From Minisyncoccota bacterium (GTDB lineage Bacteria > Patescibacteriota > Minisyncoccia > Phycocordibacterales > UBA1006): a DNA stretch of 25,314 nt. The stretch is taken from the NCBI GenBank assembly GCA_035426405.1, contig DAOLZR010000001.1, positions 1-25,314 on the forward strand. The letters are read 5' to 3'. Of the stretch, positions 9,100-18,287 are shown piece by piece; positions within the stretch are counted from its first letter, which is position 1, and each line of letters begins with the position of its first letter. The translations under genes and the position numbers were made by a program. The notes below the pieces were generated by a model that saw nothing but the letters and a program-made list of their open reading frames with translations, searched no databases and was not told the origin of the DNA.

Positions 9100-9834
9100 T
9101 TATTGAACTGTCCATCCACCGTCAACATATAAGATTGATCCCGTTGTATACTTTGATTCATCTGACGCTAGGTACAGCGCAGCATACGCAATATCATTTG
9201 GTTCACCCATATAGCCAAGTGGTGTTGCAGTATTAATCATTCTAAGTTCTTGCGCATCTTTCTGAATACCTTCAGTCATAGCAGTAACAATAAAGCCAGG
9301 AGCAATTGCATTGACTCGTATTCCCTGTTTTGCTAAATCAATCGCGGCTGACTTTGTTAACTGATTAATTCCCCCTTTTGCTGCAGAATACGCAGAGGTT
9401 TCCGGAAATCCAACAATCCCCAGTATTGACGATGTGTTAACGATTGACCCCTTTATTGAATGTTGTTGCATATATCTAGATGCACTACGAACTCCGTACA
9501 TAACCCCTGACAAATTTGTTGCAATAACTGTATCCCATAACTCGTCAGTCATATCTGTAATGGGCGCAGTTAATCCTACCCCAGCATTATTGACCATAAT
9601 ATCTAAACTCCCGAAATGTTCAGCTGTCTTTTTAATAAGCTGATCAACTTGAGCAGGATCTGTTACATCACACTGCACATAAATTGCGTTATCACCATAC
9701 GACAAGACATTAAATTCATCAGCGCGCCCAGAAAACACAACACGAGCGCCCTCGTTCAAAAACATTGTTGCAATTGCAAGTCCGATTCCTGATGTTGATC
9801 CAGTAACAATGGCAACCTTATTCTGTAGTCTCAT
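9100..9834 (-). CDS. Short-chain dehydrogenase/reductase (classical SDR, FabG/glucose-1-dehydrogenase-like)
   Basis: TGSTSGIG nucleotide-binding motif, NNAG, catalytic S...YSAAK, GIRVNAIAPG, VDGG; substrate not assignable. Confidence 0.93.
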   Translation of the reverse strand: MRLQNKVAIVTGSTSGIGLAIATMFLNEGARVVFSGRADEFNVLSYGDNAIYVQCDVTDPAQVDQLIKKTAEHFGSLDIMVNNAGVGLTAPITDMTDELWDTVIATNLSGVMYGVRSASRYMQQHSIKGSIVNTSSILGIVGFPETSAYSAAKGGINQLTKSAAIDLAKQGIRVNAIAPGFIVTAMTEGIQKDAQELRMINTATPLGYMGEPNDIAYAALYLASDESKYTTGSILYVDGGWTVQ

Positions 9835-9841
9835 ATATTTA

Positions 9842-9850
9842 ATTATATCA
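9842..9850 (-). promoter_or_regulatory. Extended -10 promoter (TGaTATAAT) for SDR, leaderless
   Basis: Consensus extended -10 ends 7 nt before the ATG at 9834. Confidence 0.7.
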
Positions 9851-9854
9851 CAAT

Positions 9855-9875
9855 AAAAAACCGGCTACAGCCGAT
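9855..9875 (-). terminator. Intrinsic terminator after DoxX gene
   Basis: Minus-strand atcggc-tgta-gccggt followed by a U-tract, just after the stop at 9878. Confidence 0.55.
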
Positions 9876-9877
9876 TA

Positions 9878-10306
9878 TTATGATTCTGATCTCATTGCTA
9901 TATAAATCAATATAAGTGCATATATTAAATGCTCGTCCACAAACGGGTTATTTGCAGGCCATAATAATGCAAGATACATCAACATCAACATTACAGCGCC
10001 GGCTGCTGCCCCCCATTTTACCAAACGATTTGTCATTAATGTTACTCCGATGAATAGTAATCCAATCATAAACAACCAATCAACTATCACTAATCCTGAC
10101 AGTCCATTAAAAAAACTTGCGAGCGGTCCCTGTACTGCGTTTGATAAAAACCCTGTAGTTGGAGAACCTCCATGTATCCACGCATTTGTAGATTTTGTTG
10201 CAAAACCTAATCCAAATGTTTTATCTAAAAATGCCCATAGAAAAACAAAGCCTAGTAAAATTCTTGATAATGATAATACTGCTCCACTTGAAATTAATTT
10301 TTTCAT
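9878..10306 (-). CDS. DoxX-family membrane protein; alternative start 10336
   Basis: RILLGFVFLWAFLDKTFGLGF...W..GGSPTTGFL...DWLFMIGLLFIG...NPFVDEH. Start 10306 is supported by TATACT (10313-10318, minus) 6 nt upstream. Confidence 0.85.
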   Translation of the reverse strand: MKKLISSGAVLSLSRILLGFVFLWAFLDKTFGLGFATKSTNAWIHGGSPTTGFLSNAVQGPLASFFNGLSGLVIVDWLFMIGLLFIGVTLMTNRLVKWGAAAGAVMLMLMYLALLWPANNPFVDEHLIYALILIYIAMRSES

Positions 10307-10341
10307 ATTATTAGTATACTCCTGTTGAAATAACAATACAA

Positions 10342-10581
10342 TTATTTTCTCTTTGCTATATTTCTCATTGTGTATACATATAACGACTCAACTTTCGTTC
10401 TGGCCCAAGGTGTTTTACGCAAAAATACTAAACTTGATTTTATATTTGGATCAACATTGAAACAATTTATACGAATTTTTTCTCCGAGTAATTCCCACCC
10501 ATAATGATCTACTAGAAATTCAAGTATTGATTCAAGTGTTTTATTTTGAAGTGGATTATTTGACGATACCTGTGTAATCAT
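10342..10581 (-). CDS. VF530-family (DUF2132) small putative DNA-binding protein
   Basis: NNPL...[49 protein letters not shown]. Confidence 0.9.
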   Translation of the reverse strand: MITQVSSNNPLQNKTLESILEFLVDHYGWELLGEKIRINCFNVDPNIKSSLVFLRKTPWARTKVESLYVYTMRNIAKRK

Positions 10582-10594
10582 AATTAATAAATAA

Positions 10595-10993
10595 TTATCT
10601 ATTCATCCAAGTAATTGTAATTTGCAGCACGGTAGCAAAGCAAACCCACAGCAAATAAGGAATATTTGCATAGGTTACAAATCTTGCGTATGGAAAGATT
10701 GCAATCAATGCCCAAATTAGCGTACCCAATACCAATAGTATATCAATTGCTGCCAAGTAGTTATTTTGCAGACCAAACTGTAACGGTGTGAATAATGCAT
10801 TAAAGATTATATTTAGTATAAATGGCAATAGAACAATAGAAGGGATTTTTTTTGTAAAGAAAAGATATCCAACATAACCATAGGTTCCAGCAATTATCAC
10901 ATAAAGAACACTCCATACTGGGCCGAACAACCACGATGGTGGAGCCCATGTCGGCCTTATTAAAGTCTGATACCACATATAAGATTTCATCAT
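10595..10993 (-). CDS. tspO: TspO/MBR family tryptophan-rich sensory protein
   Basis: [44 protein letters not shown]. Confidence 0.93.
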   Translation of the reverse strand: MMKSYMWYQTLIRPTWAPPSWLFGPVWSVLYVIIAGTYGYVGYLFFTKKIPSIVLLPFILNIIFNALFTPLQFGLQNNYLAAIDILLVLGTLIWALIAIFPYARFVTYANIPYLLWVCFATVLQITITWMNR

Positions 10994-10999
10994 AACACT

Positions 11000-11030
11000 A
11001 GTATATCACACTATATAGATATGATATGCT
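11000..11030. promoter_or_regulatory. Back-to-back extended -10 promoters for tspO (minus, 11000-11008) and DUF167 (plus, 11022-11030)
   Basis: TGaTATACT (minus) and TGaTATGCT (plus), each ending exactly 6 nt before its ATG. Confidence 0.6.
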
Positions 11031-11036
11031 TACATT

Positions 11037-11261
11037 ATGAACATTATTCGCATAAAAGCTTTTCCAAGTAGTAAGAAAGCACATATCGAAGAAACTGCCG
11101 AGAAAGTACTTCGAGTATTTGTTTGCGAAGACCCAAAAGACAATAGAGCAAACAAGGCGGTAGTCCGAGCTGTTTCGGGATATTATACAATCCCAGAAAA
11201 TAAACTGCGTATTATTTCAGGACACCATGGATTAAATAAAATGATTCAAATTTTGGAATAA
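11037..11261 (+). CDS. DUF167 (YggU/UPF0235) family protein
   Basis: IRIKAFPSSKK...LRVFV...P.DNRANKAVV......Y.IP..KLRIISGH....K pattern; 74 aa. Confidence 0.85.
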   Translation: MNIIRIKAFPSSKKAHIEETAEKVLRVFVCEDPKDNRANKAVVRAVSGYYTIPENKLRIISGHHGLNKMIQILE

Positions 11262-11298
11262 AAAGAAGAGATTAATATTGTATTAATCTCTTACTTTT
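11261..11298. terminator. Bidirectional terminator between DUF167 and the orphan gene
   Basis: aagagattaata-ttg-tattaatctctt 12-bp stem flanked by A/T tracts between convergent stops. Confidence 0.7.
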
Positions 11299-11300
11299 GT

Positions 11301-11837
11301 TTACCGAGCCGTAAACACGATTTTTCTTTTTTCTTTGTCAGCATACAATCTTCGTAGATTTAAATAATTTAAATCGGGAGAAATAAGTGCATTTTTATGC
11401 CTTTTTAAATATTTCCAATCTAGCTCATATCCACTATCAGAAAATAATGCATATAATGCAAATCCAGAATCATAAGACATAGTAGCCATCGTCCAAAGGT
11501 TTGGGTCTTCAACATGAAAAGAATAATCAAGTTTACCTTCTGAATTTTCAAATAGAGTAATCCCGCATCCGTTCATTAAACAAACCTTTCGAAAAACTGC
11601 ATATGAGTCGCGTTCGGTATCAAACTCTTGTTGATACAGAAACAAATGAGGCGTGAATCCAAAATCAGAAGGTGGAATAAGTCTTTCGCAAGTTGATTTC
11701 CAGTACTCTTTTCTTGAACTACCAATAATCATAAACGAATCATTTATTTGTGGTCTACCTTTCTTGGCACATTCTGGACAGTAGGCTGATCTGCAAAAAG
11801 AACTCGGAAACTCAAATTTGTTTAATAAGAATCCCAT
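11301..11837 (-). CDS. Hypothetical protein, 178 aa, Cys-containing
   Basis: Fills the gap between two terminators; no family recognised; CRSAYCPEC and CLMNGCG clusters. Confidence 0.6.
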   Translation of the reverse strand: MGFLLNKFEFPSSFCRSAYCPECAKKGRPQINDSFMIIGSSRKEYWKSTCERLIPPSDFGFTPHLFLYQQEFDTERDSYAVFRKVCLMNGCGITLFENSEGKLDYSFHVEDPNLWTMATMSYDSGFALYALFSDSGYELDWKYLKRHKNALISPDLNYLNLRRLYADKEKRKIVFTAR

Positions 11838-11876
11838 AATGTTGTAATTTATGAAAGATTACCATATTCCAATCAA

Positions 11877-11926
11877 AACAAAAACCCTTATCCCGCAGGA
11901 TGACCTACTGGGTTAAGGGTTTTGTT
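11877..11926 (-). terminator. Intrinsic terminator after typA
   Basis: Minus-strand aacaaaacccttaacccagtagg-tcat-cctgcgggataagggtttttgtt; a G-U pair fixes the minus orientation; U-tract follows. Confidence 0.75.
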
Positions 11927-11932
11927 CATCAA

Positions 11933-13747
11933 TTATGATTTCTTTGCTCGCGCTCGTAATGATTCTTGGAGAATCTGTTTTCGTAATCGAACAGATTTTG
12001 GAGTGATTTCCAAATATTCATCAAGGTTCATTAATTCAAGTCCGCGTTCAATTGTAATTTCAATTGGTGGAATCAATGTAATTGTTTCATCAGTTCCAGA
12101 CGCACGCATGTTGGTAAGCTGTTTTCCTTTTGTAGGGTTTACAGCCATTTCATCACCTTTTGATGTGTTTCCGATAACCATACCTTCGTACACTTCAACA
12201 TTGGGACTGATGTACAAAACTCCACGGTCTTGTAAGTTTCCAAGTGAGAATGCAAGAACTTTTCCTGTTTCCATAGTTGTCATAGAACCAGTTAGTCGTT
12301 TTTGGATTGCTCCAGCGTATGGACGGAATTCCAGGAATCGTGTTGCCATAATTCCCTGTCCTCGCGTATCAATCATAAACTGTCCTCGGTAACCAAAGAT
12401 TCCACGAGTTGGCCCTTCAAATACCATACGAACTGAACTTTCATGCATTTTCATGTCTTTCATGATAAATCCACGCATTCCCAATTTTTCAATTACCAAT
12501 CCTTGTGCCTCTGAAGGAACATCGATTGTAACTTCTTCAAATGGTTCTGTTTTCACACCATCAACTTCTTTAAAGATTACCTGAGGTTGTGACACTTGAA
12601 TTTCATATCCTTCGCGTCGCATTGTTTCAAGCAATACCGCGATGTGCATTTCTCCTCGTCCGTATACCTTGAAACCTTCGATTGTTCGTTCTGAACTTGG
12701 TGCAAAATCTACCCGAAGCCCAACGTTTACTTCAAGTTCTCGTTCTAGTCGTTCACGAATTTGTCGAGTCGTTACGAATTTTCCTTCGCGTCCTGCAAAC
12801 GGTGAGTTGTTTACAAGGAAATCAAGTACGATTGTAGGTTCATCAATAGTAATAGCTGGAAGCGGATCAACAGTTGCATCGGTTGCGATTGTTTCTCCGA
12901 TAAAGATATCTGCAATTCCGGCAATCATTACAATGTCGCCAGCTACTGCTGTATCAACTTCTTTTTTCTGAGTTCCCTCAAATGTGAATAATTTTGTAAT
13001 TTTTCCATTTCGAGTTTCACCATCAGGTTTTCGAATAACAACATTCTGCCCGTTTTTTACAATACCTTCGAATACACGACCCACAGCCATACGACCAAGG
13101 AAGTTATCATAGGCCAAGTTGAATGCCTGCATTCGGAAAGTTTTTGTAGTATCGTTTGCAGCTGGTGGAACTTTTTCGATGATTGTATCGAATAATGGTT
13201 CCAAATTTACAAGCTCGTCTTCCATTGTTCGTTTTGCTGTTCCATCTCGTCCAATGGCATACACAGTTGTGAAATCTAATTGTTCGTCGTTAGCGCCAAG
13301 TTCCATGAATAATTCGAATACTTCATCATGTGCTCGTGCAGGATCTGCTCCTGGCTTATCGATCTTGTTCAAAACCAAAATAGGCTTCAGTCCAAGTTCA
13401 AGAGATTTTTTAAGTACGAAGCGAGTCTGAGGCATTGGTCCTTCTTGTGCATCCACAACTAATAATACCGAGTCAATTGACCGCAGTACGCGTTCTACCT
13501 CTGATCCAAAGTCGGCGTGACCTGGTGTGTCCACGATATTGATCTTTGTCTTGTTTCCGGTAAGTTTTGATGTGTAAAACACAGATGTGTTTTTTGCATA
13601 AATGGTGATACCACGCTCTTGTTCAAGTGCGTTTGAGTCCATTGACACACCTTCCTCACGCATACCACACTGTTCCAACATTTCGTCGGTTAAAGTAGTT
13701 TTTCCGTGGTCTACATGGGCAATAATTGCAATGTTTCGAATTTCCAT
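11933..13747 (-). CDS. typA: Translational GTPase TypA/BipA
   Basis: RNIAIIAHVDHGKTT, EQERGITI, DTPGHADFG, NKID, NNSPFAGREGKFVTTRQI, GRGEMH, EITPKSVRLRK. Confidence 0.98.
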   Translation of the reverse strand: MEIRNIAIIAHVDHGKTTLTDEMLEQCGMREEGVSMDSNALEQERGITIYAKNTSVFYTSKLTGNKTKINIVDTPGHADFGSEVERVLRSIDSVLLVVDAQEGPMPQTRFVLKKSLELGLKPILVLNKIDKPGADPARAHDEVFELFMELGANDEQLDFTTVYAIGRDGTAKRTMEDELVNLEPLFDTIIEKVPPAANDTTKTFRMQAFNLAYDNFLGRMAVGRVFEGIVKNGQNVVIRKPDGETRNGKITKLFTFEGTQKKEVDTAVAGDIVMIAGIADIFIGETIATDATVDPLPAITIDEPTIVLDFLVNNSPFAGREGKFVTTRQIRERLERELEVNVGLRVDFAPSSERTIEGFKVYGRGEMHIAVLLETMRREGYEIQVSQPQVIFKEVDGVKTEPFEEVTIDVPSEAQGLVIEKLGMRGFIMKDMKMHESSVRMVFEGPTRGIFGYRGQFMIDTRGQGIMATRFLEFRPYAGAIQKRLTGSMTTMETGKVLAFSLGNLQDRGVLYISPNVEVYEGMVIGNTSKGDEMAVNPTKGKQLTNMRASGTDETITLIPPIEITIERGLELMNLDEYLEITPKSVRLRKQILQESLRARAKKS

Positions 13748-13818
13748 AATAAATTAGATGATATAAATAATACTGGCTTACAGTACAGGAAAAAGGGTGT
13801 TTTGTAAAGGTCATATGA

Positions 13819-13846
13819 AAAACCCCGAGAAAATTCTCGGAGTTTA
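13819..13846 (-). terminator. Intrinsic terminator after pyrC
   Basis: Minus-strand aaactccgaga-attt-tctcggggttttt. Confidence 0.75.
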
Positions 13847-13868
13847 AATTATCATATATTTAATTGTG

Positions 13869-15074
13869 CTAACCGGCCAATGTTACATCAATTGCTTTCC
13901 ATGGGAGTGTCTGACCGGCAAACGGTGTGACAGCTCCATAATAATTCTCTTTCACAAAATTTGGTTCACGCACAATTGCAATACGCTTGTAAATCTTTTT
14001 CGGCTTTATTCCATAAACTCCCAATCCAATATCACTTGCGAATCGTTGGAATTCAGATAAAAAACCAGGTTCTGTTTTATCGAAAGCTAAAAATTGCATA
14101 AAATACATTTCTAAACTGATCGGGCTTGTGAACACGCCGCATGCACATCCTTCAATGTATTTTCTATCAGGCGTATGAAATGCTGTGTCGTCGCCTAGAA
14201 AGACTTTATTAACTTTCTTTTTATATTGCGAATAAAGTAATCTGCGAACTGCATTTAAATCTTCTTCTGGTTTTAATACAGGCATACATACCATTGATGG
14301 ATATAGTGCCATTTTACTTTCGATCTCATAAAAATCATCTTTTATTCTTGCTTTATGAAAAATGACATCATTAGTAAACAACATATGATGTGGTGTTATT
14401 GTCGCAAAAACATTGTCATATGATGCTACAAATTCACAACCAGTTCGTGTTGAAATATGCTCTGCAACAACTGGTCCTGTATACCACTTCATCAAGTGTT
14501 CACCGGTACTTTGATAGAAAGCCGGCTCTCTTTTATCGCGATGAATACATGCACCACTTTGATACTCAGGAGTTTCTCCGTGGATACTAAATACAACACC
14601 AAGATCCGACATACATTCTAATTGCTTACGCACCGATTCTAATTCGGCTAATCCGTTTTCACTATTAGTGGTTCCGCCCTTTGGGTAAAATTTTACATTG
14701 CCAATTAATCCTTCGTTTTTTGCTTTTCTTATATCAGAAACAGAAAGTGTAGGATTTAAATAAAATGAAAATATTGGTAAAAATGATTCATTATTTCCAG
14801 ATATTTCCATAATGTGATCACGATACCAAAGTAACTTATCAATAGATGTAATACCCATTTTATCGTCACCGATTTCTGAAACCATAACATTCGGCATTAT
14901 CTGTTGTACCCAAAATTGCTGCTTCATATATGGAATAATCCATTGTGCCTCCTGGTCACGCCTTGCGTGTCCATGGAAATTTGTAGGATTATTCAAAACG
15001 AAAAGAATATCATCTTCTGTTATCTGTAATCCATGCTGTCTTTGTAAAAAATCTAAAATTACTGTCTTGTTCAT
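13869..15074 (-). CDS. pyrC: Dihydroorotase, homodimeric (E. coli-type), divergent
   Basis: NFHGHAR (HxH), VKFYPKGGTTNSENG, SIHGE, AEHIST, ATITPHH, CMPVLK, FLGDDTAFH, GCACGVF; all six metal-ligand equivalents present. Confidence 0.9.
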   Translation of the reverse strand: MNKTVILDFLQRQHGLQITEDDILFVLNNPTNFHGHARRDQEAQWIIPYMKQQFWVQQIMPNVMVSEIGDDKMGITSIDKLLWYRDHIMEISGNNESFLPIFSFYLNPTLSVSDIRKAKNEGLIGNVKFYPKGGTTNSENGLAELESVRKQLECMSDLGVVFSIHGETPEYQSGACIHRDKREPAFYQSTGEHLMKWYTGPVVAEHISTRTGCEFVASYDNVFATITPHHMLFTNDVIFHKARIKDDFYEIESKMALYPSMVCMPVLKPEEDLNAVRRLLYSQYKKKVNKVFLGDDTAFHTPDRKYIEGCACGVFTSPISLEMYFMQFLAFDKTEPGFLSEFQRFASDIGLGVYGIKPKKIYKRIAIVREPNFVKENYYGAVTPFAGQTLPWKAIDVTLAG

Positions 15075-15076
15075 TG

Positions 15077-16075
15077 TTAATAATTTTTATATGAAAAAAT
15101 ATTTTTTCCATGATTAATTAATGATTGCATACGCCATGGACGCGTAATTGCAACCGACCCCAGGGCAATAGCTTTTACACAGCGGAATTTTGATAGACGA
15201 GTAATATTATCTTTCGTCATAATTCCGCCACCAGCGATAATAGTTACATTAGGATCGACACGATCCATTTCCTTTAACCAATCTACTAAAACAGGAAATA
15301 ATGGCTGTCCAGATAATCCGCCTTGGAAATTTGTTCCGAAGATTCTGGCGAGTGGCGATCCATTTCTAAAGAATTTCTTCCACTGCACTTGTTCCGGTAA
15401 TTTTCCAAACGCGAGCGTATTGCCCATGCATATTGCATCGCAATGTTTTTGTAATTGACTTACCACTTGCTGACTAATTGTCAAATCTAATTTAAAGATC
15501 AGTGGAGTGTCAGGCATTAGTATTTTAAATACTTTTGCAAGTGCAATCCATTCTTCAAGCGCTTCTGTCTGTGCATGACCCGTATTAGGGCATGACACAT
15601 TCATTTGAACACCATACGCATGTTTTATTGGCGGAAGATGATACAGCATCCATTCACAAAATTGTTTCACTTCTGCAATCTTTCCTTGCAATATTGACTC
15701 CATTGGCATAAAGGAAATTTGAAAAGGTTCTGTGCGCTTTTGCCACTTATTCAAACCTATCAGAAAAATGGTACCGGGTGTTGGAATACCCATAGCATTA
15801 AGTACATAACCTTGTATGATAGATTTCAAACTAAACCAAATTGATTTTGGAAACCATTGTTTTAATTTGTAACCCACAAGTGCGGTTTGTGATTTTTCCG
15901 GATAAATTCGTGCGTGTAAACTTGTTGTTTTTGCAACAAATGTCATCCCAGAAAACGAAAATCCAAATATGAATTTTAATAATTTATGATGAGGATATTC
16001 GTCACCTTCACCAAAGAATCCTTGAATACCTGATTGACCAAAGACATGTCCAAAATTAATGTTTTTTAATTTCAT
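15077..16075 (-). CDS. pyrD: Dihydroorotate dehydrogenase, class 1-like (catalytic Cys), divergent
   Basis: AKTT, NAMG, NVSCPN (catalytic Cys), IFKL, GNTL, GGLSG, IIAGGGI, GS; sits directly upstream of pyrC (2-nt gap). Confidence 0.82.
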   Translation of the reverse strand: MKLKNINFGHVFGQSGIQGFFGEGDEYPHHKLLKFIFGFSFSGMTFVAKTTSLHARIYPEKSQTALVGYKLKQWFPKSIWFSLKSIIQGYVLNAMGIPTPGTIFLIGLNKWQKRTEPFQISFMPMESILQGKIAEVKQFCEWMLYHLPPIKHAYGVQMNVSCPNTGHAQTEALEEWIALAKVFKILMPDTPLIFKLDLTISQQVVSQLQKHCDAICMGNTLAFGKLPEQVQWKKFFRNGSPLARIFGTNFQGGLSGQPLFPVLVDWLKEMDRVDPNVTIIAGGGIMTKDNITRLSKFRCVKAIALGSVAITRPWRMQSLINHGKNIFSYKNY

Positions 16076-16213
16076 GTGATTTCAATTTAAATTGTTATTG
16101 TAAATGTACTGTTTTTATTTTAAAAATGATTTAAAAATTTGTCATTATAATAAATATTTTTACAGAAAAGTCAATATCACCATAAGTCAATAGGTTTTTC
16201 TCGTTTAATTTCA

Positions 16214-16222
16214 TGGTATAAT
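16214..16222 (+). promoter_or_regulatory. Extended -10 promoter (TGgTATAAT) for the Cache-cohesin gene
   Basis: Consensus extended -10, 28 nt upstream of ATG 16251. Confidence 0.6.
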
Positions 16223-16250
16223 CATCCTGTAATACACTATACTAATAACC

Positions 16251-18287
16251 ATGACTTTAAATCCGTTTAAAAAGCCAGTTTTTCATCTTCCTTCTATTGC
16301 TCGTGGTTTTAAAATTGCGACTGGTTTTTTTGTTCTTGCAACTATTACTATTTTCATAATTCAGATTTGTTATAACAAAAAGATGAACGACCAAGTGGTG
16401 AGTAAATTTAACACAGGTATCAACCAAGAACTAATGATGTTAAAACAAAACGGAGATGAAATTGCACAAAACGAGACTCTGAAAAAGTATATTCAACAAA
16501 AAGATATATATAGAGCGCTTGGACTACTTTCCGAAGAAAGCCGTAAGCGCGGTATCACGGCAGGATTAGTAACAGACGAGAATGGTATCGTAATTACACG
16601 AATTAGAACCATATCAAAACGAGGTGATAATGTTTTCTTGAATACACCACAGGGTAGAGCTTTAGTTCGCGGAGAACATCCAGCATCATTTGAAAAAGGA
16701 AGTATTGATCCAAGTAATGTTATTATGGTGACGGGTAGACCTATCACTAACCAACAAAAATTAATCGGCTCATTAATCAATGCACATACCCTAGATAATA
16801 CTTATGCCGCTAATTTTAAAACTAATTACTTGCCATTGAAAAGCGAAGTTGTTTTCTTTACAAAAGATTATGGAATATATGGCAGTAGTTTTACATCTGA
16901 ACAAGATAATAATTTATTAAGATCTTATTTTAGTAATGAATCTGATTGGATAAAAAAAGTAAAACCTGATGAGGTTATTGAATTTTCTGATGGTCGCCAC
17001 TATAAAGTTCATCAATTATTTTTAAAAGGATTAGAGAAAGATACTACTGGTGCACTTATTTTTATTCCAAAATATTCATTCAATGTATTCAGTTTTTCCA
17101 TAGCACTGATTGCAACATTACTATTTTTTTGTTTTGCAGTAATTAGTCATATTGTACATAAAAACCAAGAAACGCGAGCCTATCATTTTTACTGGATTAC
17201 TGCGCTTATTTCAATTTTTATTTTTTGTGGAATTATTATAATTTTTAAAATTTCTATAAATTATCATCAGAGACTTCGAGCACTTCCTTATGTTATATAT
17301 AATTCAACGCTTCGACTTCAACCTGACTCAGGAACATTTAGTACCGAATATGAGCAAAAGATCAGTATTATAATCGATAGTGGGGGCGAGCCTATAAACA
17401 CTATAGAAACAGTACTCTCTTTTGACCCTAGTAAATTAACAGTCGAAGAGGTATTAATGGAGAACTCTATCTGTGGTTATGTTGTCAAAAAAATTATCAA
17501 CCCTGAGGAAGGCACTGTGTCACTTTCTTGTATTATTCCAGATCCTGGGTTCAGTAAAAAAACAGGCGTAATTGGTGAGCTATTAATTCGCCCGAAACAA
17601 TCTGGATCGTTTTCACTTAAATTTTTACCTACAACGAAGATTCTTGCTAATGACGGTATAGCAACATCGGCACTGCGTATGGTGACAAATGGATCTTATC
17701 GAGCAGTCGATGAAGCAAAAAATACATCACTGTCGCTTTCCTCCCCAACCCATCCAAATACTGAACGGTGGTATAACGAAAAAGATATAACAATATTATG
17801 GAAAGGTCCTACAGAAATAAATTATCAATTAAAATCAAAAGATGGTCTTGTCATTACTGAAGGAACTACGCGTAAAAATAATTTTAATATAACTGTACCA
17901 AAAGATGGGACATATGTATTTTGGGCACAGGCAAATCAAAAAGATATTACTAGTATGGAAATGCCTCAGGAGTATATGTTAAATATAGACAGTACAAGTC
18001 CTGAACAGATTGCACTGAACGCAAGCGAAGAACGAGTTCATAAAAATGATGTTGTACGATTTGTTTCAAGCGGATCGGACAGTACAAGTGGCTTACAAGA
18101 TAATTATTATCTTAAAATTAATGACGGATTTCTATTACCTGTTGGAAAACAAGTTTTTATTCCGTTTACAAAAAAAGGTACCAATACGGTAACTCTTCGA
18201 ATATTCGATAATGCTGGAAACACAACAGAAACGAAAAAAATTATTTATGTCGTTGATGATTCCCTATTCCGTCGTCTTTTTAAATAA
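16251..18287 (+). CDS. Membrane protein: TM, double Cache-like sensor domain, 2 TM, cohesin-like domain, Ig-like repeats
   Basis: TM at aa ~21-40, ~279-302, ~313-335. Cache-like VTDENGIVITR..RGD..RAL.G..PI..IGSL..LD; cohesin-like aa ~352-485 (LRLQP..ISIIIDSGGEPINTIETVLSFDPSKL..ILANDG); SPTHPNTERWY and IDSTSPE Ig-like/PKD-like segments. Confidence 0.72.
   Translation: MTLNPFKKPVFHLPSIARGFKIATGFFVLATITIFIIQICYNKKMNDQVVSKFNTGINQELMMLKQNGDEIAQNETLKKYIQQKDIYRALGLLSEESRKRGITAGLVTDENGIVITRIRTISKRGDNVFLNTPQGRALVRGEHPASFEKGSIDPSNVIMVTGRPITNQQKLIGSLINAHTLDNTYAANFKTNYLPLKSEVVFFTKDYGIYGSSFTSEQDNNLLRSYFSNESDWIKKVKPDEVIEFSDGRHYKVHQLFLKGLEKDTTGALIFIPKYSFNVFSFSIALIATLLFFCFAVISHIVHKNQETRAYHFYWITALISIFIFCGIIIIFKISINYHQRLRALPYVIYNSTLRLQPDSGTFSTEYEQKISIIIDSGGEPINTIETVLSFDPSKLTVEEVLMENSICGYVVKKIINPEEGTVSLSCIIPDPGFSKKTGVIGELLIRPKQSGSFSLKFLPTTKILANDGIATSALRMVTNGSYRAVDEAKNTSLSLSSPTHPNTERWYNEKDITILWKGPTEINYQLKSKDGLVITEGTTRKNNFNITVPKDGTYVFWAQANQKDITSMEMPQEYMLNIDSTSPEQIALNASEERVHKNDVVRFVSSGSDSTSGLQDNYYLKINDGFLLPVGKQVFIPFTKKGTNTVTLRIFDNAGNTTETKKIIYVVDDSLFRRLFK

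Noticed and set aside
9100-11261. SDR-DoxX-VF530-TspO-DUF167 as a single stress/redox operon
   Set aside because: Several genes have their own promoter-like and terminator-like signals, and all are common small families; nothing in the sequence shows a shared pathway.
11922-13430. Antisense and alternative-frame ORFs in the track (e.g. 11922-12392, 12642-12971, 13119-13430, and those over rnj, the ABC genes and the surface genes)
   Set aside because: They lie wholly within well-supported genes, show no recognisable motifs, and are expected shadows of codon structure.
16168-16192. Direct repeat aagtcaata x2 (16-bp period) in the pyrD / Cache-cohesin intergenic region
   Set aside because: Short and AT-rich. 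It may be -35-like TTGACT hexamers on the minus strand, but spacing to TATAAT (16144-16149) is 19 bp; too weak to call.
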